Assembly (NCBI GenBank): GCA_964413605.1
Contig: CAYPSV010000001.1
Coordinates: forward strand, 47,628-111,627
Source: an uncultured Candidatus Bathyarchaeia archaeon
GTDB lineage: Archaea > Thermoproteota > Bathyarchaeia > Bathyarchaeales > Bathycorpusculaceae
DNA length: 64,000 nt
Direction of reading: 5' to 3'
Positions 44,071 to 52,402 of the stretch are shown piece by piece (the stretch's first letter is position 1; each line of letters begins with the position of its first letter). A model generated the notes under the pieces. That model was not told the origin of the DNA, searched no databases, and saw only the letters and a list, made by a program, of their open reading frames with translations. Position numbers and translations under genes: made by a program.

Positions 44071-46683
44071 GTGTATGAAAAAATGGAGATATTAAGAAAG
44101 ATGCAAAAACAAAAAAGTAAATTTTTGGCTATTTTAATTGCTCTGCTTTTGACGGTTTCGATCGCAACGACTTTAGCTCCTGTTCCGACAGCTAGTGCAC
44201 ACACGCCTCCATGGACGATCACTCCTAAGGCTTACGCTTTTGCAGCGCCAACTCCTTGCGGTGTTGGTCAGCAAGCACTCATTTACGGCTGGCTCAACTA
44301 CGTTATCGCTGGAACTAACATTGCTAATAATATTCGATTCGAAGACTACCAATTCATTATCACTGCGCCTGATGGCACTAAGCAGACGTATGATTTTCCG
44401 ATCGTTTCAGATACGACTTCAGCTCAGTCTCTTTCGTATACGCCAATGCAAGTCGGTACCTATAATATTACTTTCCTGTTTCCAGGTCAGACGTATGATT
44501 TCGGCGGTTCTTATCAAGGCGATTATTATACTCCTGCTAACGCTAGCTATCTTTGGGATGTTCAGCAAGACCCAGTTCCGGCGCTTCCGCAAAATCCGTT
44601 TCCAGATGAGTATTGGGCTCGACCAATAAACCAAGAGCAGAACATCAACAACGCTTTAACCATCGGCTCTAATTGGCTTGGTGGCAACGCGCAATCTTCA
44701 AGCTTAACGGCTCTGCCTCAAAGTTATATTCAATACAATGGTGCAGCACCGTTGACTCCACATATAATGTGGACAAGGCCTGTAGAGTTTGGTGGTGCTC
44801 TTGGCGGAACACTTCAGCAACCTCAGCAGGATGCAGATACTCCTGGTGCGTTCTATTCGGGAATGGCATACAACATCCGTTTCACAACACCCATCATCAT
44901 CAGCGGCGTTCTCTTTTACCAAGAACCCTTCGGCTATTCTGGTGGCGGCGGCAGATACTTAGCAGTGGATTTGCTAACTGGACAAACAATCTGGGAAAAC
45001 GACAATATCAATCCAACTTTTGCACAAGTGACTAACTTCCAGACTCCTAACGGTTATGGACCTGGCGGCGCTATTCTTTGGCAGACTTCTGGCTCTAATT
45101 GGTATGGCTATAATGCTTACGATGGAAAATCTGAATTCAACCTAACTAGCGTTCCTTCAGGCACTCAGCAATACTTCAACGATGGCACCATCGGTAGATA
45201 CGTATTTAGCTACAATCAAAATTCACAAACCGGCTGGCTAGCCTTATGGAACCTGACACGGTTACTTTGCAGCAACTCCGACACATGGGCACGTCCCGAT
45301 CGTACCTTCGATGCTAGCTCAAGCGTCGCTTACAGTTGGAACGTAACAATCAACGCAGATCTAGTTGGCGATGGCTATAGCCCCCGAATCGTCGGTGTTG
45401 TTCCTGGCGAAGTAATACTGGGAGAAAGTAGCAACGTAGCAACAACTTCACAGCCACGGCCTAATAGTGATCCATGGACAATGTGGGCTTTAAGTGACGA
45501 CCCAGCAAGCGAGGGTAATCTCTTGTGGAAACAGGCTTATGCAGCTCCACCATTCAACCAAACTCAAATGCTTTGTACGCAGCCAATTGACTCAACAACA
45601 ATGACTTTTGCTATGACGATTGCTGAGACGGGTGAGCGTTTAGGTTATAGTCTTCATACTGGGGAGAAGCTTTGGGGTCCTCTTGGTGATCAACCTGGGT
45701 TCCAATACTTTAGCTCTAGGGAGGGTGTGACCTTTAACGGGAACTTGTATGTTTCAGGTTTAGGCGGAGTAGTCTACTGCTATTCGATGCTTGACGGATC
45801 TCTAATTTGGGAATACGGCAACGGCAACACTGCAGGCAACTCTACGAACATGGAAGACAACGGGCCTTGGGGTCTTTACCCAACTCACATCTCAACCTTT
45901 GCTGCCGGTGTGCTCTACACATTCTCTGGTGAACACTCGCCTACAAACCCACTCTATAACGGTGAGTTGACGCGTGCACTTAATGCTACTACTGGTGAGG
46001 AGCTTTGGACGCTTCTTGACTGGTCTAGCTGTGGCTTAGGTAACTCTATGCAGTCTTTCCCAATCGCTGATGGCTATGGTACATTCTATAATTGCTATGA
46101 CAGCCAAATCTACACTGTTGGTCGTGGGCCAAGCCAAACATCTGTCTCTGCGCCTAATCTAGCAGCAACTGTCGGTGTGCCTGTAACGATTAGGGGTACT
46201 GTTTTGGATATTTCAGCTGGTACAAACCAAAACGAGCAGGCTGCAAGATATCCTAACGGTGTTCCAGCGGTTTCTGATGAGAGCATGAGTGCGTTTATGG
46301 CTGCTGTCTATGAGGATCAAGTGATGCCAAGCGACTTAGTTGGAGTTCCAGTCACAGTCTATGTGCAGGATGCTAACGGCAACTATCGACAGATCGGACA
46401 GACAACAACTGATGCTAGCGGCATGTACAGTGTTAGTTGGGCTCCTGACATTTCAGGTGAATACATGGTTTACGCAACCTTCCAAGGTACAAAAGGCTAC
46501 TTTGGATCTTCAGCTGAGACATCATTCTACGCTATGGATGCTGCTACTCCTGCTCCGACTCCCGTGGCTGTAGCTAATTATGCTACTACTGCTGATTTGA
46601 TGGTCTACATTGTTGGCGCTGCTATCGCTATAATCATCGCAATCGTTGTTGTCGGCTTGCTTATCCTTCGAAGACGCCCATAA
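44071..46683 (+). CDS. Large secreted cell-surface protein: signal peptide, PQQ-like beta-propeller repeats, CarboxypepD_reg-like Ig domain, C-terminal TM anchor
   Basis: Signal KSKFLAILIALLLTVSIATTLAPVPTASA. Repeats of the type LTGQTIWE, HTGEKLWG, LDGSLIWEYG and TTGEELWT. Ig-like VTVYVQDANGNYRQIGQTTTDASGMYSVSW. Anchor IVGAAIAIIIAIVVVGLLILRRRP. Start may be 44071, 44083 or 44101. Confidence 0.75.
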   Translation: MYEKMEILRKMQKQKSKFLAILIALLLTVSIATTLAPVPTASAHTPPWTITPKAYAFAAPTPCGVGQQALIYGWLNYVIAGTNIANNIRFEDYQFIITAPDGTKQTYDFPIVSDTTSAQSLSYTPMQVGTYNITFLFPGQTYDFGGSYQGDYYTPANASYLWDVQQDPVPALPQNPFPDEYWARPINQEQNINNALTIGSNWLGGNAQSSSLTALPQSYIQYNGAAPLTPHIMWTRPVEFGGALGGTLQQPQQDADTPGAFYSGMAYNIRFTTPIIISGVLFYQEPFGYSGGGGRYLAVDLLTGQTIWENDNINPTFAQVTNFQTPNGYGPGGAILWQTSGSNWYGYNAYDGKSEFNLTSVPSGTQQYFNDGTIGRYVFSYNQNSQTGWLALWNLTRLLCSNSDTWARPDRTFDASSSVAYSWNVTINADLVGDGYSPRIVGVVPGEVILGESSNVATTSQPRPNSDPWTMWALSDDPASEGNLLWKQAYAAPPFNQTQMLCTQPIDSTTMTFAMTIAETGERLGYSLHTGEKLWGPLGDQPGFQYFSSREGVTFNGNLYVSGLGGVVYCYSMLDGSLIWEYGNGNTAGNSTNMEDNGPWGLYPTHISTFAAGVLYTFSGEHSPTNPLYNGELTRALNATTGEELWTLLDWSSCGLGNSMQSFPIADGYGTFYNCYDSQIYTVGRGPSQTSVSAPNLAATVGVPVTIRGTVLDISAGTNQNEQAARYPNGVPAVSDESMSAFMAAVYEDQVMPSDLVGVPVTVYVQDANGNYRQIGQTTTDASGMYSVSWAPDISGEYMVYATFQGTKGYFGSSAETSFYAMDAATPAPTPVAVANYATTADLMVYIVGAAIAIIIAIVVVGLLILRRRP

Positions 46684-46703
46684 AACACAACTAAACACAT
46701 CCC

Positions 46704-46717
46704 TTTTTCTTTTTTTT
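46704..46717 (+). terminator. Oligo-T tract after the surface-protein gene
   Basis: tttttctttttttt lies 20 nt after the stop. Confidence 0.35.
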
Positions 46718-46861
46718 AGTTAGCTTCGTCAAATTAGTTTTAGATCACCATAAACGATGTGATTAAAAGCATTGTATTCTGAGTCTATATCCCAGGAGCT
46801 CGGAAAACAAAAAAGTGGAAATTTACGGTTACCCGTGCAATCTTTTATTCCACTAAATTCT

Positions 46862-47100
46862 TATTTGCAGGTCAAATCTGAGCCTTATCGTTGACACGGT
46901 CCACCTAAGCAAAGTCTTAACCGCTACAGATCTTTGTACCGTTTTGAATCTGCAACTCAATGCTTAGCTGCTTCAACACAATGCATGTTCAGCCCAAAGA
47001 GGCAAAGTCTTAGTCGCGCACCAATTTTTCGCTGTTTCAATCAGCGCGCATCTGTGCCTCAATGCATTGCATCTAAAGCTTACTCCCTGACCTGCAAATA
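46862..47100. repeat. 13-bp perfect inverted repeat (TATTTGCAGGTCA / TGACCTGCAAATA) bracketing 213 nt with internal repeated motifs
   Basis: Left arm 46862-46874, right arm 47088-47100. The interior carries gcaaagtctta twice (46909 and 47003) and ctcaatgc twice (46956 and 47058). Confidence 0.6.
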
Positions 47101-47250
47101 GTACTTTGCAATATGCTAAGTATAAATTTTGCGACAATTATGGTACAAAATAAGACAATTTTGCATCATTTGTGACAAAGTTTTAAGCGGCGAAGCAACA
47201 GCTAACTGTCTTTAGTTTTTTGGAAGTTGAGGTTCTTTTGCTGCCTTTTC

Positions 47251-47604
47251 TTATTCTGTTGGGCTGCAACTAATCTGTTCTATGACTTCTTTTTGTAAAA
47301 CGTTGATGACTTCAGGGGTCAAGGCGTCAACTGCGCTGTGGACTCGGGAGTCGACGACTGAATACATTCGCTTGGTTCCGTCTTTTCTGCATCGAATTAA
47401 TCCGGTGTCTTTGAGAATTTTGAGGTGGCGGGAAACAACTGGTTGGATTAGACTTAAGTGGGGAATTATTTCGCAGACGCATTTTTCTCCTTCTCGGAGG
47501 TATTCGAGTATTTCCAGTCGGTCGGGTGATGAGAGTGCGTGGAAGATTTGTGCTTTAAAGCGTTGTTGTGATTGGAACATGGCTTCCAGAGAAGTATATA
47601 GCAA
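47251..47604 (-). CDS. arsR: ArsR/SmtB family metalloregulator
   Basis: IFHALSSPDRLEILEYL..GEKCVCEI and VVSRHLKILKDTGLI. The CVC metal site is present. Confidence 0.85.
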   Translation of the reverse strand: MLYTSLEAMFQSQQRFKAQIFHALSSPDRLEILEYLREGEKCVCEIIPHLSLIQPVVSRHLKILKDTGLIRCRKDGTKRMYSVVDSRVHSAVDALTPEVINVLQKEVIEQISCSPTE

Positions 47605-47670
47605 TATTTAAATATTTATATCAATGGTTTGTATTTAACAATACTGCCCAAAACTAAGTAAGGGATACTA

Positions 47671-47994
47671 TTGACAGATGGTAACATACACATCCGAAGC
47701 TGGCAAAAATTCAAAGATGTAATCAACCAAAAAAATCCCGCCTCAATTGTTTTTATCCTTGAACAAAACGGTTTTTCCAAAAACAAAGAACTCTCCACCC
47801 TAAAACTAATAATGTTACATGACAAACGTTACTACATCTTCTACGATTTTCCCAAAGGCGATAACCTCAGAGAAACAAACATACCACTCCACAAGGATAA
47901 AAAGGGAATCTCTAACCTTGACGAAGAGGAAGTCAAAGACTACCTCAAATCCCAGTTCCCAACCTTAGAAGTTTACTCGTTTTGGACAACATAA
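47671..47994 (+). CDS. Hypothetical protein (107 aa, TTG start)
   Basis: An ORF only. It is the first gene of the unit divergent from arsR. Confidence 0.4.
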   Translation: MTDGNIHIRSWQKFKDVINQKNPASIVFILEQNGFSKNKELSTLKLIMLHDKRYYIFYDFPKGDNLRETNIPLHKDKKGISNLDEEEVKDYLKSQFPTLEVYSFWTT

Positions 47995-48012
47995 ACAAAG
48001 GTGAAAGAAATC

Positions 48013-48300
48013 ATGTCTGAAGAAACATATGAAGGAATACCAAGAGAAAAAATACCTTGGGATCCAAAGATAAACTACGAAAAATGTATTTCTTGCGGAA
48101 AATGTATTGACTTCTGCCACGTGAATGCATTTAGATTCGAAGAGAAAGAAGGCAAAAAAAAATCTGTCGTGAACCCGAACAAATGTGTTGTTTTCTGTAG
48201 AGGTTGTGAAGAAATATGTCCTGAAGGCGCATTAACGCATCCATCTGAAGAGGAAACCCAAAAGCTTATTGAAAAACTGCAAAATGCTGCTTTGTCTTAG
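48013..48300 (+). CDS. Small 4Fe-4S ferredoxin-like protein
   Basis: CISCGKCIDFC and CVVFCRGCEEICP. Confidence 0.7.
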   Translation: MSEETYEGIPREKIPWDPKINYEKCISCGKCIDFCHVNAFRFEEKEGKKKSVVNPNKCVVFCRGCEEICPEGALTHPSEEETQKLIEKLQNAALS

Positions 48301-48312
48301 AAGAGGGTATCA

Positions 48313-48708
48313 ATGAAGAAGGTTCTATTTGTTTGTATTGAGAACGCTGGTCGAAGCCAGATGGCAGAAGCTTTTGCCAAAAAATACGGTGGAGACAGAT
48401 TTATCGTATCTAGTGCGGGTAACAAACCAGCTGAAAAAGTCAATCCGGCAGTAGTTGAGGTTATGAAAGAAAAGTGTATCGACCTCTCCCAAAACAAGCC
48501 GAAGCTGATAAGCGCAAAGATGGCGATGGATGTGGACTTGATTGTTACCATGGGCTGTAACGATCGGGGAATTTGTCCTGGGCCTTTCTTTAAGCCAGCC
48601 ATAAATTGGAGACTTGAAGACCCAAAAGGAAAACCTATTGAAAAAGTGAGGGAGATACGAGATGAAATCGAGCGTTTGGTGCAAGCTTTGGTAGCGAAGG
48701 AACTTTGA
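48313..48708 (+). CDS. arsC: Arsenate reductase, LMW-PTPase (thioredoxin-coupled) type
   Basis: VLFVCIENAGRSQMAEAF (the CX5R P-loop) and downstream Cys residues (MGCNDRGICPG). Confidence 0.9.
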   Translation: MKKVLFVCIENAGRSQMAEAFAKKYGGDRFIVSSAGNKPAEKVNPAVVEVMKEKCIDLSQNKPKLISAKMAMDVDLIVTMGCNDRGICPGPFFKPAINWRLEDPKGKPIEKVREIRDEIERLVQALVAKEL

Positions 48709-48969
48709 AAGGGTTTGACACTAATCTTGACTTCTCGACCTGTCATAAATCAGATGAATTTCTTTCTTCAAAAATGTTGCTTCACTTATAGTTTTTAGAA
48801 CTGATTAAACTGTTCAATAGTATGCCAATGTTGTAGCCTGGGTTAGTTTCAAGCAACTTTTTCTTTTTTGCCTATGTTTCGATTCAAGTTTTCCGTAAAG
48901 CGACTAACAAGCTGTGGTAACATATTTATCAGTAAGCATTATTTTTCATTAAACCCTCGGAATTTGTGT

Positions 48970-49057
48970 GCAGAGGTCGCCGAGCATGGTCAAAGGCGTA
49001 GGCTTCAGGAGCCTATCCTGTAGAGGTTCGTGGGTTCAAATCCCACCCTCTGCACCA
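48970..49057 (+). tRNA. tRNA-Leu (CAG), type II with long variable arm, CCA encoded
   Basis: GCAGAGG pairs with CCTCTGC. Anticodon stem-loop is TAGGC-TTCAGGA-GCCTA. Variable arm is TCCTGTAGAGGTTCG. T-arm is GTGGG-TTCAAAT-CCCAC. Confidence 0.92.
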
Positions 49058-49229
49058 ATTGTGAACATAAAAATTTAGAAGAGTTTATTTTAGAAACAAC
49101 AAACTCTGTTTTATCGGATAGCGGGTGAAATCAATAGACTTATGGCGTGGTTTCAAATCAAAGTAAGAGGTTGCACTTTTTCTATTGATTCAGCAAGTGT
49201 CAACTGTTTAAATTTTTTCTTTATCTGCT

Positions 49230-49265
49230 AGAACAACAACACCTAAAAATTCTTGTTGTTGTTTT
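49230..49265. repeat. Hairpin AGAACAACAACA-N12-TGTTGTTGTTTT; copy 2 of the element at 24448-24484
   Basis: Perfect 10-bp core (49232-49241 / 49254-49263) plus G-U and A-U extensions. The flank TATCTGCT matches the reverse-complement flank TATCTTTGCT of copy 1. Confidence 0.6.
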
Positions 49266-50049
49266 ACCAACCTATCCATCTGCAGAGAGACAGCTTTTTG
49301 AGCCTAAGATTGCGAAATTTTTCTTGGAGATTTGGTCTTCTGCAAGATAATTTGGGCGGTTCGTTTTGGGGGGCAGATTAAGAGAACTGTGTGGATGTTG
49401 TTTTCTAACCTTTAATCGGCAAGAACTCTGATTGTCCTTAGACCTCCATTTCCAGGATTTTACGTTTTTTCTTATGAAGCGATCTTTTTGTCGACGGTAA
49501 GCTTTGCAGCTTCACTGGTTTTCATGAAGATGAAAAGACGCTAAATGGTTTAAAAATTATGTGCACTTCTAACTTATTTTTAAAGCGCTGTTTCAAGAAC
49601 GATTAAACAGTGATGTGCTGTCAGTTCTAGATATATTCTGGAAGTTGAAACATTCTTTTTATTTTTTTAAGAGTAAATACCAAATGGAGTTGGGAGAAAT
49701 AAATGCTGTTAAAACAGGGTTAGGGTTAATTGGGATTGGTACTGTTTTTTCCGTTGCTTCCTATATATGCTATTTATTCCTAAGTAATATGCTATAAAGT
49801 GGCTGTTGAAGTAGACTATTTAAAAGCATACTTTAGGTTCAATTTCTCAGAATGTTTAGCTGAATGCGTACTTCTGGTTAGAGCAATTTCTGCAAATTTC
49901 CTTTTATTCATTAAATAAATCTAACTCAATCTCTCCAATTTAGACCAAGTTTGATATTGAAATTTGCATCTTAGATGAGATTGACTTAACTTATAACCGC
50001 TAAATGGTACCCGAAGATAATTGAGAATTGGACAATAAGAAAAGTAGAA

Positions 50050-50313
50050 TTATTTTTGTTCACCAAACCATTTAATGAACCATTTTTCCCTTGCTATCGT
50101 TCTTTCGTTCATAGCTTCACAAGTTGCTTTCCAATCAGGGTTATCATATTCAGTATTAACCCATTTTTCAGTGAAAGGCGGCATTTCTTTTTTAACCTCA
50201 TCTAAAATTTGTTTTATTTTAGCATTTGCTAGTTCAGAAGTGTTGTAGCCTTTGTATGTTAGTTGTTCTATTGGAATTAGTTCTTCGTAAAGTCTACCTT
50301 TGTTCATGTTCAT
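50050..50313 (-). CDS. Small hypothetical protein ending in WFIKWFG
   Basis: ORF resembling 31865-32116. Shared features are IL.E.K.E and the C-terminal W[YF].KWFG. Confidence 0.5.
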   Translation of the reverse strand: MNMNKGRLYEELIPIEQLTYKGYNTSELANAKIKQILDEVKKEMPPFTEKWVNTEYDNPDWKATCEAMNERTIAREKWFIKWFGEQK

Positions 50314-50502
50314 CGTCTCTTTTTCTTTATCTGTTTTGTAATGGTTTTAAGCGATACCTCAAAGAACAATGTTTGACTTAAGCTTTTCAAATGCAGAATA
50401 CCCTTCAGATCAGGGTTAACTGATTTGGAACGAAAATTTTTGAATTGTTCAGACAAAGCTTTCTAATAAGGATGAACTATTTCTAGTTCTTGAGGCAATG
50501 AA

Positions 50503-51231
50503 ATGTCTGTAGGAATAGGTGACGAGTTCCAAATCCAAACCAAACATACTCGAATGAATCTCGGCGGCTATCTCGATTGGTCAAACAAGCCCAGCATCTA
50601 CAAAAAATACCCATCTGCAAGAAAAATTAGATTGAGCAAAGAGTTTCCACCACACTCCCTTTCAATAGCTGAGATTTTGTTAAAGCGAAAGAGTATTCGT
50701 TCATTTTCGAATAGATCAATTACACTAAAAGAGTTTGCTTTTCTTCTTTGGGCTTCTACGGGCATTCAGAGAGTTGAACAGGGTTACGAGTTTCGAACAG
50801 CTCCTTCGGCTGGGGCTCTGTATCCAATTGAAACCTATGTATTGGTCAATAGAGTTGATGGTGTAGCGAAAGGTTTGTATCATTATAACATTGAAGAGCA
50901 CGCCATAGAAGTATTGAAGCTCGGAGATTTTGGTGATGAGTTGTCTGATGCAGCTTTGGGGCAAGAGATGATTGCGATGGCACCTGTTGTTTTTATTTGG
51001 TCAGCAATCTTTGCGAGATCAAAATGGAAGTATAGACAACGGGCTTTTCGATATGTGTATTTGGACGCTGGAATTATTGGGCAGAACCTTGCGCTGTCGG
51101 CTACTGGTATAGGCTTAGGGTCTTGTCAAATTGGAGCTTTCTTTGATGACGATGTCAATCAGATTTTAGGTTTGGATGGAATAGCTGAAAGTGCACTATA
51201 CCTTAGTGTGGCAGGTTGTCCTTCTACTTGA
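50503..51231 (+). CDS. SagB/ThcOx-type nitroreductase-fold dehydrogenase
   Basis: KRKSIRSF, TAPSAGALYPIE.YV, LYHYN...H and YLDAG.IGQNL.L.A...GLG.C.IGAF. Confidence 0.8.
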   Translation: MSVGIGDEFQIQTKHTRMNLGGYLDWSNKPSIYKKYPSARKIRLSKEFPPHSLSIAEILLKRKSIRSFSNRSITLKEFAFLLWASTGIQRVEQGYEFRTAPSAGALYPIETYVLVNRVDGVAKGLYHYNIEEHAIEVLKLGDFGDELSDAALGQEMIAMAPVVFIWSAIFARSKWKYRQRAFRYVYLDAGIIGQNLALSATGIGLGSCQIGAFFDDDVNQILGLDGIAESALYLSVAGCPST

Positions 51232-51291
51232 TTAAGCTTCCTAATTGTTGGAGGCTTGTAAATAGCATCTTGTTCTAATTGGACATAGGTT

Positions 51292-51837
51292 TTATTGGAT
51301 ATGTTTAAGATCGGTTAGTGATATGTTTTTTTTGAGATCTAAAAGGCAAGTCTTTGCGTGTTCTTGGGCTTTGAGTTTTCGATAGATCTTCTTTACAATT
51401 CCTTTTTCATCAATTAGAAATGTTGTTCGTTCGGTACCCATGTAACTTCTCCCATAGAGGTTTTTCTGCTTCCATACATTGTATTGTTTAAGAACTATTG
51501 CTTCTGGGTCACTAAGTAAAGTGAAAGGTAAACTATGTTTTTTCTTGAATTTTCGATGTGATTCCACGCTGTCCTTGCTTACGCCCAGAATTACCGTGTC
51601 TTCTTTTTCAAACTCAAATAGAGTCTCTTTAAATCCAAGAGCTTCTGCAGTGCATCCAGAAGTTCCATCTTTGGGATAGAAGTAGAGTACAACTTTCTTG
51701 CCTCTATAGTTACTCAGTGAAATTTGAGTTTTGTCGTCTGATTGAAGCGTAAAATTTGGTGCTATATCTCCTTCATCAACCAACGTGTTTACCTCCTCAG
51801 AGTCATTTGGTTTACAGGCAAATTCGTAGGACTTCAT
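51292..51837 (-). CDS. bcp: Thiol peroxidase Bcp (peroxiredoxin)
   Basis: APNFTL, VVLYFYPKDGTSGCTAEA, GVS.DS..SH.KF and PFTLLSD. Confidence 0.85.
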   Translation of the reverse strand: MKSYEFACKPNDSEEVNTLVDEGDIAPNFTLQSDDKTQISLSNYRGKKVVLYFYPKDGTSGCTAEALGFKETLFEFEKEDTVILGVSKDSVESHRKFKKKHSLPFTLLSDPEAIVLKQYNVWKQKNLYGRSYMGTERTTFLIDEKGIVKKIYRKLKAQEHAKTCLLDLKKNISLTDLKHIQ

Positions 51838-52014
51838 CTTGTAAAAGCTTAACTCTTAATCAATTCCGTTCTTACCAAGTATTCACTACACTTTGAATCT
51901 GTTCGAAACGAGTGCAAGGACTAGGGTGAATTGCTCTCTCTTCTTCGAATAAAAATACATTTTTAAACAAAAAGTGATAAATACAATAGAAACAAAGTGT
52001 TATTAGCGATTTTT

Positions 52015-52377
52015 ATGAAAGATGAAAAATTCATTTTGTATGTGCAGACAAGTGACTCTCCGGAAAGGCAGTATTCTCCTTTAGTTTTAGCTCAAACTGC
52101 CAAAGCAATGGGGCTCAATCCCCGAGTTTACTTTCTAGGTCAAAGCCTAAGGGTTCTTCTTCCAGGCATGGCAGAAAAAATAAAACTAGGCAGTTTTCCG
52201 TCAGTTTTGGAAATGATTCAAAAGACTCTGCAGATGGGTATTGAAATCGATGTGTGTGAGGCTTCTAAGAGAATGTTCGGCTGGGAGAGTGTTGAATTGA
52301 TTCCTGGAGTTAAAATCGTAGGCGCCGCAACCCTAAACGACCTAGCACTAACAGCCAACGCAACCATGTGGTTCTAA
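52015..52377 (+). CDS. DsrE/DsrF-like sulfur-relay family protein
   Basis: Small alpha/beta protein: FILYVQTS...PLVLAQTAKAMG...IDVCEAS...IVGAATLNDL. Sits directly upstream of tusA. Confidence 0.65.
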   Translation: MKDEKFILYVQTSDSPERQYSPLVLAQTAKAMGLNPRVYFLGQSLRVLLPGMAEKIKLGSFPSVLEMIQKTLQMGIEIDVCEASKRMFGWESVELIPGVKIVGAATLNDLALTANATMWF

Positions 52378-52402
52378 AATAAATCCAAAAGGAGCAAATA
52401 CT

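Noticed and set aside
44195-45035. ORFs of 144 aa and 120 aa in alternative frames, plus antisense ORFs of 66-72 aa, inside the surface-protein gene.
   Set aside because: They are fully embedded in a long ORF with clear domain structure. Their translations are low-complexity (L/S/R-rich) with no motifs.
48297-48746. 149-aa and 119-aa antisense ORFs opposite arsC.
   Set aside because: arsC carries the diagnostic CX5R P-loop on the forward strand. The antisense products have no recognisable features.
49600-49645. Possible C/D-box sRNA (gtgatgt ... ctgtcag / tctgga).
   Set aside because: The C box is imperfect. No properly spaced C'/D' and D boxes are present, and no terminal stem could be found.
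48970-50313. Integrated provirus or integrative element at tRNA-Leu.
   Set aside because: No integrase, no recognisable viral or plasmid gene and no exact att duplication. Only a short degenerate tRNA-like fragment is present. I report it as a possible scar, not as a mobile element.
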